Both the position numbers and the translations under genes were made by a program. Source: an uncultured archaeon (GTDB lineage Archaea > Asgardarchaeota > Lokiarchaeia > Sigyniarchaeales > SOKP01). Taken from it: a stretch of DNA of 64,000 nucleotides. The notes beneath the pieces were generated by a model. It was not told where the DNA came from. It ran no database searches and saw only the letters and a list, made by a program, of their open reading frames with translations. The first letter of the stretch is position 1, and each line of letters opens with the position of its first letter. The stretch lies in the NCBI GenBank assembly GCA_964525635.1, contig CAZGJX010000003.1, positions 1 to 64,000 on the forward strand. Direction: 5' to 3'. Positions 42,227 through 51,945 of this stretch are shown here, piece after piece.

Positions 42227-43447
42227 GTGAAAATGGACTATATTGGAAAATATCCTGATAAATTAGGAAAATTTGGTGATTTTGGGGGTATGTTTGCACC
42301 TGAGATCCTTATGCCTGCACTAAATGAATTGACTGAAGCATATAATAAATATATACATGATGATGAGTTCCAAAAAGAATTTTATGACATTCTTAAAGAT
42401 TATAGTGGAAGACCTACACCATTGTATTATGCATCTAAACTAAGTGAACAGATTGGGTGTAAAGTTTACTTAAAGAGAGAAGATCTCTCCCATGGAGGCG
42501 CTCACAAGATCAACAATGTTATAGGACAATCGCTGCTCGCAAAGAAAATTGGTAAGAAACGCTTAGTAGCTGAAACCGGTGCTGGGCAACATGGATTCGC
42601 AACGGCAATAGCGGGGGCTTATTTTGGAATGCCAACAAAAGTATTTATGGGAGAGGTAGATATAGTAAGACAATCTATGAATGTATATCGAATGCAACTC
42701 CTAGGTGCTGAAGTTATTCCTGTTAAATCAGGTTCTAGAACATTGAAAGATGCTATTAATGAAGGTTTAAGATATTGGATAGCAAATGTTCATGATACAC
42801 ATTATCTCATGGGGAGTGTAGTTGGACCACATCCATATCCTATGTTAGTAAGAGAATTTCAAAGAGTTATTGGTAAGGAAATAAAACAACAAATATTAGA
42901 AAAAGAAGGTAAGCTTCCTAATGCGATTATTGCGTGTATTGGAGGAGGTAGTAATGCTATTGGAGCTTTCTATGACTTTGTAAATGATGATGTTCAATTA
43001 ATTGGTGTAGAGGCGGGTGGAGAGGGAATGGAGAGTGGTAAACATTCAATAGCATTAGGTTTAGGACGTCGAGGTGTTTTACATGGTGCTATGCAACATC
43101 TTTTGCAGGATGAGTTTGGAAACATTCTTGAAACTCATTCTATCAGTGCAGGATTAGATTATCCAGGGGTCGGACCAGAACATTGCTATTTAAAAGAAAT
43201 TAATCGCTTAAGAGTTGGGGAAGCAACTGATCAGGAGACTTTAGAGGCATTTAAGAATTTATCTCGTGTTGAAGGTATCATTCCAGCCTTGGAAAGCAGC
43301 CATGCTCTTGGATATCTATACAAAATTAGAAATGAATTCGATAAATCAGATATAGTTATTATCAATCTTTCTGGATCGGGAAGTAAAGATTTATCAATTG
43401 TGGCAGATCATATAAAATTTAAAATACATCCTAAGAACATATTGTAA
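42227..43447 (+). CDS. trpB: tryptophan synthase beta chain (TrpB1 type)
   Basis: [45 protein letters not shown]. Confidence 0.98.
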   Translation: MKMDYIGKYPDKLGKFGDFGGMFAPEILMPALNELTEAYNKYIHDDEFQKEFYDILKDYSGRPTPLYYASKLSEQIGCKVYLKREDLSHGGAHKINNVIGQSLLAKKIGKKRLVAETGAGQHGFATAIAGAYFGMPTKVFMGEVDIVRQSMNVYRMQLLGAEVIPVKSGSRTLKDAINEGLRYWIANVHDTHYLMGSVVGPHPYPMLVREFQRVIGKEIKQQILEKEGKLPNAIIACIGGGSNAIGAFYDFVNDDVQLIGVEAGGEGMESGKHSIALGLGRRGVLHGAMQHLLQDEFGNILETHSISAGLDYPGVGPEHCYLKEINRLRVGEATDQETLEAFKNLSRVEGIIPALESSHALGYLYKIRNEFDKSDIVIINLSGSGSKDLSIVADHIKFKIHPKNIL

Positions 43448-43501
43448 TTTTCTTTAGAAAATTAAATTAATTATTTAAAGTATTAATAAATGATGGAAAA
43501 T

Positions 43502-43624
43502 ATGGGAATTAACAAGAATAAAATTGAAGAATGTAATGATGATACAGTTATTGTTAAATTATCTGGTTCAGGATAAAAAGATCTTGATATAATTAAAGAA
43601 TATATGGTGTTTAAAGTAAAATGA
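43502..43624 (+). pseudogene. relic 3' end of a second trpB copy
   Basis: Reads ...DDTVIVKLSGSG*KDLDIIKEY..., aligning with the trpB C-terminus [18 protein letters not shown]; ends in an ATGA overlap with trpA. Confidence 0.75.
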
Positions 43625-44457
43625 GTAATACAAATAGATTATTTAAGTTATTTAATGGTAGAGATGTCAATGACAAATATTTTATGCCCTTTTTTGTAGC
43701 AGGAGATCCGAGTATTGATGAGTTTAAGAATATCATCAAGAAAATTGAGCCATATGCAGATATCATTGAAATTGGGATACCATTTTCCGATCCTATTGCA
43801 GATGGTCCAACAATTCAAGAAGGAAATGTAAGAGCCTTTAAAGCAGGAATTAATACAAAAGTAGCTCTGGATGCAATTAAAGAACTAAGAAAATCAACTG
43901 ATAAACCTTTTGTTATTTTAACTTATTATAATATACTTATTCAAGGAGCTGAAACAATAGAAAAGTCAATTGATAAAACATTTAAACAATTAAAAGAAAG
44001 TGGAATAGATGGAATGGTTATCGCAGATCTACCAATTGAGGAAGCAAATTTAGTTTTAGAAGCATGTGAAAAGTATGATTTAGCATTAATATTTCTTGTT
44101 GCACCTTCTACCACAGAAGAAAGATTAAAAAAGATCTTGCTTAAAGCAAAAGGATTTATTTATCTAATATCAGTAATGGGTGTAACTGGAGCAAGAGAAA
44201 CGGTTGCTCAAATTACAAAGGAGAATATAGCAAGAATAAAGCAAAAAACTGATAAAAACCTTCCCGTTTTTGTAGGATTTGGTATATCAAAACCAGAACA
44301 TGCAAAAGCTATTATTGAAGCAGGAGCAGATGGAGTTATAATTGGTTCTGCGATTGTAGATCTTATTAAAAATAATCTAAATGATTTTCAGGAAATTGAA
44401 GGAAAATTAGTAGAATTTCATGAAAACATAAAAAATTCAATAAAGAGGTCGAATTAA
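43621..44457 (+). CDS. trpA: tryptophan synthase alpha chain
   Basis: AGDP, EIGIPFSDPIADGPTIQ, GVTGAR, VGFGIS, ADGVIIGSA. Confidence 0.98.
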   Translation: MSNTNRLFKLFNGRDVNDKYFMPFFVAGDPSIDEFKNIIKKIEPYADIIEIGIPFSDPIADGPTIQEGNVRAFKAGINTKVALDAIKELRKSTDKPFVILTYYNILIQGAETIEKSIDKTFKQLKESGIDGMVIADLPIEEANLVLEACEKYDLALIFLVAPSTTEERLKKILLKAKGFIYLISVMGVTGARETVAQITKENIARIKQKTDKNLPVFVGFGISKPEHAKAIIEAGADGVIIGSAIVDLIKNNLNDFQEIEGKLVEFHENIKNSIKRSN

Positions 44458-44458
44458 A

Positions 44459-45955
44459 TTGGATTTTGACATACATATAGAAAAAATTGGAGAATTAGAT
44501 AATATCTTTAATTTTTATAAATATCTCATCGAAAAATATGATTTTAAGAAGCATGTCCTATTAGAATCCTCATCAGGAAACTCAAACGAAACCTTATATA
44601 GTTTTATTGCTCTTGAACCTGATTTTATGTTTGAAATTAATGGGAAGAACTATAAAATTTTCGATATCACTTCAGAAAGAGGTGAAAATATCAAAAATTA
44701 TGTTGAATCTAAAGATCCCGCTAAGGAAATACCACGTAATCCCCTACCATTTAATGATAATGTCGATTATAATATGATTGCTTTAGATACCTTAAGTCAT
44801 CTTACCCCATATTCTAAATTACCTTTTACTGAACTATTTCCAAGAAATATATTTTTTGGAGGAGTAGTAGGGGTGATCTCTTATGATATAGTAGCACCAT
44901 ATGTTGGTTATCAATCTAATAGTGAATTTCCAGATATTCTCATGGGACTTTATACAAAAGTACTTGTATATTCGCACAAATCTAATGCTTTATTTATGAT
45001 AGATAATAGCCTTGATGATTATTCAAGGGACAAGGACATTAGATATCAATTAGAATTGTTTAAAAGAAATAATATTAAAAATAAAAAGAAAGATATTCCA
45101 TTAGATCTCGACGATATAGATGAAAGTATGTTTAGATCGAATACTTCTAAATCAGCTCACGAACAAATGGTGAACAAGACTAAAGAGCATATATATGCTG
45201 GCGATATAATTCAAGCGGTTATCTCTAGAAGACTATATACTGAAAGTAAAGTAAATCCTATTAATTTTTATGAAATACTTAGAGAGCTTAATCCCTCGAA
45301 TTATATGTATAATATCAATTTCAATTATATTAAAATAATTGGTAGTAGCCCCGAAGCTCTTATAACAAAAAATAAAGATGTTCTATCAACTATGCCAATA
45401 GCAGGAACGATAAGAAGAAGTAAGGATCCAGAAGAAGACTTGAATTTAGAGAGAGAATTACTAGGTAATATAAAGGAGAGGGCCGAGCACCTCATGCTAG
45501 TAGATTTGGCAAGGAATGACTTAGCTAAGGTCTCATATCCTGGAACTGTCGAAACATTTGATTTTATGACGATTCAGAAATACCAAAAAGTTCAACATAT
45601 CGTAAGCAAAGTTAGAAGTAAGACACCTCTTGATGGTTTTCAAGCATTAAAAAGTGTTTTTCCTGCAGGGACATTATCAGGAGCACCCAAATTAGAAGCT
45701 ATGAAAATAATCCAAGAACTTGAAACTGAAAATCGCTCATTTTATGGTGGAGCAATTGGCTATTTCAGTTTTAATGGGGATCTAGCAATGGCAATTGCCA
45801 TTAGAACATTATTTGGTCGGGGAAATAAATATTTTGCTCAAGCAGGGGGTGGAATTGTCGCAGACTCCCAACCAGAACAAGAATTCCAAGAAACTTATAA
45901 CAAATTATACAGTGTTTTGAAATCAATTAAGATAGCGGAGGCAAGAGAACAATGA
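44459..45955 (+). CDS. trpE: anthranilate synthase component I
   Basis: LLES, NPSNY, SSPE, PIAGT, EHLMLVDLARND, FPAGTLSGAPK. Confidence 0.96.
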   Translation: MDFDIHIEKIGELDNIFNFYKYLIEKYDFKKHVLLESSSGNSNETLYSFIALEPDFMFEINGKNYKIFDITSERGENIKNYVESKDPAKEIPRNPLPFNDNVDYNMIALDTLSHLTPYSKLPFTELFPRNIFFGGVVGVISYDIVAPYVGYQSNSEFPDILMGLYTKVLVYSHKSNALFMIDNSLDDYSRDKDIRYQLELFKRNNIKNKKKDIPLDLDDIDESMFRSNTSKSAHEQMVNKTKEHIYAGDIIQAVISRRLYTESKVNPINFYEILRELNPSNYMYNINFNYIKIIGSSPEALITKNKDVLSTMPIAGTIRRSKDPEEDLNLERELLGNIKERAEHLMLVDLARNDLAKVSYPGTVETFDFMTIQKYQKVQHIVSKVRSKTPLDGFQALKSVFPAGTLSGAPKLEAMKIIQELETENRSFYGGAIGYFSFNGDLAMAIAIRTLFGRGNKYFAQAGGGIVADSQPEQEFQETYNKLYSVLKSIKIAEAREQ

Positions 45956-46545
45956 ATATTTTATTTATAAATAATTACGATAGCTTTGTTTATAATTTAG
46001 TTAATTATTTCTGTCAGTTGGCTCCAGACGCTAGAATCATGATCGAAGACAATAATATCTCTATAGAAAAAGTTGAAGAATATTCTATTGATAAAATTAT
46101 AATATCACCTGGCCCCGGTCATCCCAAATACGATACAGGAACTGTCATTCCTATTATTAAACACTATCATAAAGAAATTCCGATCTTAGGGATTTGTCTT
46201 GGACATCAAGCAATTGTTGAAGCTTTTGGTGATAAGCCCGATTTGGAATATATTGGACGAGCTAAAGTAGGACCTATGCATGGAAAACAATCAAAGATAT
46301 TTCATGATCAAGAAAAAATCTATAAGGATATACCTAATCCAATCCAAGTTATTCGCTATCATTCTCTTGCAGCTAAAGGGGACATTCTTCCTCAAGACCT
46401 TAAAATCACAGCTACTGCAGATGATGGAACAATTATGGGGGTTCGACATAAACAATTTCCAGTTGAAGGGGTTCAGTTTCATCCCGAATCAATACAAATG
46501 AAGCCCCATGGAATGCAAATTTTAAAAAATTTCTTAGATATATGA
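45952..46545 (+). CDS. trpG: anthranilate synthase component II (glutamine amidotransferase)
   Basis: NYDSFVYNL, SPGPG, GICLGHQ, RYHSL, QFHPES. Confidence 0.97.
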   Translation: MNILFINNYDSFVYNLVNYFCQLAPDARIMIEDNNISIEKVEEYSIDKIIISPGPGHPKYDTGTVIPIIKHYHKEIPILGICLGHQAIVEAFGDKPDLEYIGRAKVGPMHGKQSKIFHDQEKIYKDIPNPIQVIRYHSLAAKGDILPQDLKITATADDGTIMGVRHKQFPVEGVQFHPESIQMKPHGMQILKNFLDI

Positions 46546-46547
46546 AA

Positions 46548-49319
46548 TTAACTAAGAGAAAGTTCAAGTAATTCTCTACCTAACTTAGTAAGAGAATATT
46601 TATATTGTCTTTTATTATTACTTAAGGTAGAAGGATTATAAGCAATTATTCTTTTTAAATATCTTTTCTTATAAAGATCTCGTATCATCCATTCAAGGCT
46701 CTTAATATCATCCAAGTAATTTAACTTTAATAGATCTAAAGCAAAATAAGATCCTTTGCTAAATTCTAGTAAAATTCTTCGCTGAAAATCTGTTAGATAA
46801 TTGAAACCTTCACGGTCACCTAACTTTTTTCTATATTGAATCTCATCTTCATAGTCTTCTACAAAAAATTTTCGATGATCAAATTTCGGAATGGGAGGTA
46901 ATTTTTTTCCTGTTTTTTCTTCAATCTGTCTTATTATTTTTTCTTGCATTTCTTCAAGCTCAATTTTTTTCCATTCTCCATTTCGCATTTCATATCCAAG
47001 CACTATTAATAATATATATTGTTTCTCACAAAATTCAATTTTGAACTGATCAATTTCTAATTGTCTTTCATGATCCTCTTCCTTTTTTTGCCATTCTGGC
47101 ACTCTAATATAATGTTGCCTTCCTTGTCGCTCAAAACCTACTAATAATTCAAGATTAAAACCATCTAAATGCATTCTAGTAATATCAAAATTGATTTTAT
47201 TTGGATCATATCTCGCTAAGCCTTCTCTACCTTCGATATTTAAAACTATTTGAATTAGTGGTGTCTCAAGAAATTTAATTTGTTTCTTATACAAGTAAGA
47301 AAATATTCTTTCCATATAACATCTGAATACTTTCTCATAATAACCCTTTGAGCAATGAGGACACCATGACCTTCTTTTTTTCACTTTATATATCCGCTTT
47401 TTAAAAATTTTCTTACACTTTCCACATCGCCAATTATGTAGTTTATCGCTTCCCTTATATATATTCGATAAAAATTCACCAGGTGCTCCCGTTTTTTCTA
47501 AACCCACTTCATAAGCCAATTTTCTTAATCCCTTAATAGTAGGCGTAACTTTATGAGCACACTTAGAACACCAACTTCTTCTCGATTTCACTTTGTTAGG
47601 TGTCATAGTAAACTCATGTTTGCAAGCACCACATTTCCATCTAAGTTTGGATGTCGCTCCTTTATATTCATCAGACAAACAAAATCCAGGGACTTTAGTT
47701 TTTTCTAGCCCAACTTCATATGCCAAAATTCTCATATCTTCAATAGTCTGTTCTTTACCAGCACATCTAGGACACCATGACCTTTTCGATTTTATATCAT
47801 TTGGTGTCATAAAAAATTTATTTTCACATTTTCCACAATACCATTCTAATTCTGTGGAAGAATTAATATACTTATTGGATAAACACCGTCCAGAAACACC
47901 CGTTTTCTCCATTCCAACATCATAAGCTAATTCATGCATATCCTCAATTGTTATTTGTTTATGTAAAAAATGTGGATTATTACTACATCTAGGACACCAC
48001 TCCTTTCTAATTTTCACTTTATCAGGGTTTTTTGAGAATACATATCTGCAAGCTCCACATCGCCATTTTAATTCAGTTTTCATATTTATATAATTTTTTG
48101 ATAAACACTCACCTTCAATCCCTGTTTTTTCTATACCTACCACACGGGCTAGTTCTTGCATATCTAATATAGAATATTTCTTAATTTCTTTAACCCCTCT
48201 TACTTTTAATTTAATGTTAACTTCGTTTGCTAATTGTTGCAATAAATTAAAAGAATCCTCAGGGATAGATTTACTTTGATAGATAATATCTCCAATTCTG
48301 GTATGAATATAATCACTAATAGATTTGTTTGTCATACTTAACTCTAACCTCAATTTATCTATTAAAGACTTGGTCTTTTCCTTATCAAGTATGAAATATT
48401 TTTTTATAGGGAATGTCGATTTAGTATAAATTCCATCATAAATCGTTTCGCTCTTCTTATAATCTTCTTCATTCATAAAATTATAAAATTCATAACCACA
48501 CTGACCACATTTCCATAGAAGTTTTGTTTTATTATTAAAATATTCTTTGGATAAACATTTTTTTGGAACTCCAGTTTTTTCTAATCCCAAATCATGGGCT
48601 AATTTAATCATATCTCTTATTTTTTCCTCTTTTTTCTTTTTATAAATTATAAATTTCTTTAATTCATCTCTAATTACTTCATAGAAATGAGAGAGATTAT
48701 TTGAATTCCATTTTTCTTTTATGATGATAAAAATATGAGAGATGATCCATTTTAAATATACTTCAACATCAGATTTATAAAAAGGATCTTTTTTTATTTT
48801 TTCTTGAAACTTAGCATGATATGTATTAAATTCTTCTGTTCTCAACTTTTTGTAAAGATTTTCAAGATAAATTCTTTGAATCTTCTTTTCTGTAATTGGC
48901 AAAATAAAATCTTCTAAATTTTTTAATACTTCACTTTTTAATTTACTTTTTTTTATTTTTTGCTTTAAATGTCTTTCCACATCTCCGATTATATCATATA
49001 TGAGGCGAGAGATTATAATGACGAGATTTTGTTTAAATAATTTTGGAAAATCAGGGTCATAATAAACCCTCTCGATTGGATATTTATATGTTTTTCTTAT
49101 TTCTTGTTCTTTATTGTTAATTCTTTTATCCTCATATTTTTCCTCAGAATGAATATTATCTTGAACAAAAATATTTTTTATCTCAAATTTCGTTCCACAA
49201 TATTGACAAAATGCGAATTCATCGGCTATTGGATTATTTTCTATATCTTTTATCTGTAATCTAATACCACAATTTTCACAAAATAAGGAGTTCCCATTCT
49301 TGTTTTTTGACTCATTCAT
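46548..49319 (-). CDS. Zn-ribbon repeat protein with putative Vsr/PD-(D/E)XK-like nuclease domain and C-terminal winged helix
   Basis: N-terminal CENC/CQYC; four complete and one partial WxCGxC...WCxxC repeats; HLDGF...GFERQGRQHY; YSLTKLG at the end. Confidence 0.75.
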   Translation of the reverse strand: MNESKNKNGNSLFCENCGIRLQIKDIENNPIADEFAFCQYCGTKFEIKNIFVQDNIHSEEKYEDKRINNKEQEIRKTYKYPIERVYYDPDFPKLFKQNLVIIISRLIYDIIGDVERHLKQKIKKSKLKSEVLKNLEDFILPITEKKIQRIYLENLYKKLRTEEFNTYHAKFQEKIKKDPFYKSDVEVYLKWIISHIFIIIKEKWNSNNLSHFYEVIRDELKKFIIYKKKKEEKIRDMIKLAHDLGLEKTGVPKKCLSKEYFNNKTKLLWKCGQCGYEFYNFMNEEDYKKSETIYDGIYTKSTFPIKKYFILDKEKTKSLIDKLRLELSMTNKSISDYIHTRIGDIIYQSKSIPEDSFNLLQQLANEVNIKLKVRGVKEIKKYSILDMQELARVVGIEKTGIEGECLSKNYINMKTELKWRCGACRYVFSKNPDKVKIRKEWCPRCSNNPHFLHKQITIEDMHELAYDVGMEKTGVSGRCLSNKYINSSTELEWYCGKCENKFFMTPNDIKSKRSWCPRCAGKEQTIEDMRILAYEVGLEKTKVPGFCLSDEYKGATSKLRWKCGACKHEFTMTPNKVKSRRSWCSKCAHKVTPTIKGLRKLAYEVGLEKTGAPGEFLSNIYKGSDKLHNWRCGKCKKIFKKRIYKVKKRRSWCPHCSKGYYEKVFRCYMERIFSYLYKKQIKFLETPLIQIVLNIEGREGLARYDPNKINFDITRMHLDGFNLELLVGFERQGRQHYIRVPEWQKKEEDHERQLEIDQFKIEFCEKQYILLIVLGYEMRNGEWKKIELEEMQEKIIRQIEEKTGKKLPPIPKFDHRKFFVEDYEDEIQYRKKLGDREGFNYLTDFQRRILLEFSKGSYFALDLLKLNYLDDIKSLEWMIRDLYKKRYLKRIIAYNPSTLSNNKRQYKYSLTKLGRELLELSLS

Positions 49320-49568
49320 TTATAATTCATATATGCACAGGTATATAAACAAAAAAAAATAATAAAAAAATTCCCTAATTTATATCTCAATCTTCATACA
49401 TTTTTTATAAAATTTTTATATATTACTTCACTAGACCTATTAAGGATAGAAATTATTTTAAAATAAACAACAAATAGATTTCATCTTTATTTCTAACAAG
49501 AGTCAGTCACAATTAACTTTCTATATTTTTGGTTTAAATCATCTAAATATCAAGAGAAAACTACATAG

Positions 49569-51773
49569 ATGAATCATATTAAGAACGATCTAATAGAAAA
49601 TTGTATTTTACATGGTAAATTTCATGAAGCACTTAATAGTCTTAACTCAATTGAAAGAAGAAGAGTTTTATCTGATAATGAGTTGCTAATGAAAAAATTA
49701 ACTAAGATTTATATTTGTATTGATAAAGGAGATTTTAAGAAAGGTAGATCAATTGCTGATGAGATGATTAAGCTTTCACAAGAAAAAAATAATATATTGA
49801 GGGAGATTGATGGCCTTATCGGTAAGGTTGAAAATATGCTTTGTTTAGTTTTATATAATGATGCGCTTCAATTATTAAAAAAAGCAGAATCGATATTAAT
49901 TAAAGCTCAAAATATATCAATAAAAGAATTTAAACGGAAAAAAGCATATATAATCTATCTTAAAGGAAGAATTTGTCAAGATACCCATAAAATCAATGAA
50001 GGAATAAATTATTTTAAGGAAAGTCTTAAAATAAGAAAAGATATAAATGATAGGATAGGTATAATCTGGACTTTATTAAATCTAGGTATATTAACCGTAG
50101 CTATTGGAGAATTTCAAAATGCAGAAAAATATATTACCAAAAGTTTAAATCTTGCTGAAGAATTCAATATTGAGGCTGCAATTATTTGGAGTTTGATTCA
50201 TTTAGGGTGGATTAAATATCACAGAAGAGAACTAGATCTTCTAATGGTTTATGCCCAAAAATGTCTTTTGATTTGTAAATCACAAAATTTTAAGTATTCA
50301 TTAGCTTATTGTTATGATCTTATTGGACATTATCACCTCATTAAAGGAAATTTAAATGACGCTTTACATAATTTTGAAATAAGTTTAAATTTAAGATTAG
50401 AAGAAGGATATAGATATTCATTACCACAATCGTATTATAGTATTGGAGAAGTATATAGTCAGAAAGGTGAACTTAGAGAGAGTTTAAAATATTATCACAA
50501 AATTATAGATATTCCCTTAATTGATGAGAAAGAATTCTTTACACCAGTTTATTTAAGTACAATGGGTAAAATCTATGGTGAACTCGGTGATTTTCCTAAA
50601 GCTAAAAAATATTTATCATCTGCTTTAGACTTATTTAAAAAAAACAAAATGTTAACCATTCACTTCCAAAATTTCACTATGTCAATTGCTAAAACTTATC
50701 ATTTTTTAATTGTTCTTTCAATACGGAATAATGAACTCGAGAATATAAATAATTACTTAGAGGATTTACATCAAATAAGTCAGGAGCACCCAAATCTTAA
50801 ATATATTAGCCAAATATATAAATTAGATAAAGCTATAATATTAAAAATAAGTAATCGTGTTAAAATTCGAATGAAAGCAGCCAATATTTTTAAAAAACTT
50901 TCTGAAGAAAAAATAATTGATCATGAAATTACAATTGAATCTATGACAAATTTATGCGAACTTTTGATATATGAATTAGAATTGACAGGAAATGAGGATA
51001 TACTTATAGAGATAAAGGATATTTCTAATAAATTACTTAAAATAGCAGAAGCGCAGTATCTATATAATTTAATGGTCGAAATATATTTATTTAAAGCTAA
51101 AATATCATTATTAGAGTTAGATCTTAATAAGGTACATGATTTTCTATCAAAAGGTCAAAGAATAGCATTGAATTTTGATTTAAAATTATTATTAAAAAGA
51201 ATTTCCAGTGAATATGATTCATTACTAGTTAATAAAGATAAATGGGAGGAAATGATTAAAAAGCAAATCCCATTACAAAAGCGAGTGAATTATTCAAGAT
51301 ATGAATTTTTATTTTCTAGTATGGTTCGAACTAAAATCAAAAAGTCAATAGAACTTCCAGAATTGCCTTATTATTTTATAACTCTCAGTAATATCGATGG
51401 ATACTGTTTATATGAGAAGAATCTCCAAGAGAAATTAAATATAGAGGGAGATTTTATAGCAGGATTTATTTCAACTATAAATCTATTTGGTAAAGAAGCT
51501 TTCTCTTCCTTAGATTCAATTAACCGAATTAAACATGGAGATTTTTTTATAATTCTACAGTCTAAGGAAAATTTTTTATTTGGTTATGTATTTAAAGGTC
51601 AATCTTATTCTGCAATAACTAAATTAGATCTTTTCATTAAAAAATTAACAGAATTTAATGATATATTCAAAAAATTGTATTATTCTTTACAGAGCCATCT
51701 TGAATTATCAGAAGAAACTAAAATATCAATAGATAATTTAGTTAATGAGATTTTTATACAAGATAATAAATAG
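49569..51773 (+). CDS. TPR + longin-like protein, copy 9
   Basis: Full-length paralogue. Confidence 0.9.
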   Translation: MNHIKNDLIENCILHGKFHEALNSLNSIERRRVLSDNELLMKKLTKIYICIDKGDFKKGRSIADEMIKLSQEKNNILREIDGLIGKVENMLCLVLYNDALQLLKKAESILIKAQNISIKEFKRKKAYIIYLKGRICQDTHKINEGINYFKESLKIRKDINDRIGIIWTLLNLGILTVAIGEFQNAEKYITKSLNLAEEFNIEAAIIWSLIHLGWIKYHRRELDLLMVYAQKCLLICKSQNFKYSLAYCYDLIGHYHLIKGNLNDALHNFEISLNLRLEEGYRYSLPQSYYSIGEVYSQKGELRESLKYYHKIIDIPLIDEKEFFTPVYLSTMGKIYGELGDFPKAKKYLSSALDLFKKNKMLTIHFQNFTMSIAKTYHFLIVLSIRNNELENINNYLEDLHQISQEHPNLKYISQIYKLDKAIILKISNRVKIRMKAANIFKKLSEEKIIDHEITIESMTNLCELLIYELELTGNEDILIEIKDISNKLLKIAEAQYLYNLMVEIYLFKAKISLLELDLNKVHDFLSKGQRIALNFDLKLLLKRISSEYDSLLVNKDKWEEMIKKQIPLQKRVNYSRYEFLFSSMVRTKIKKSIELPELPYYFITLSNIDGYCLYEKNLQEKLNIEGDFIAGFISTINLFGKEAFSSLDSINRIKHGDFFIILQSKENFLFGYVFKGQSYSAITKLDLFIKKLTEFNDIFKKLYYSLQSHLELSEETKISIDNLVNEIFIQDNK

Positions 51774-51945
51774 AACTTCTTTGATTATATATTGAAGCAG
51801 TAATTTTGTATATATTTTTTAAGACTATATCTTTGTAGGGAATATAAAACTGAAAAAAAAAGATTCAAAATTATTTGTTATAAAAAAATATATTTTACTA
51901 ATGATAATTTAATTTTTACAAAACTAATAAACATATAGCTATAAG

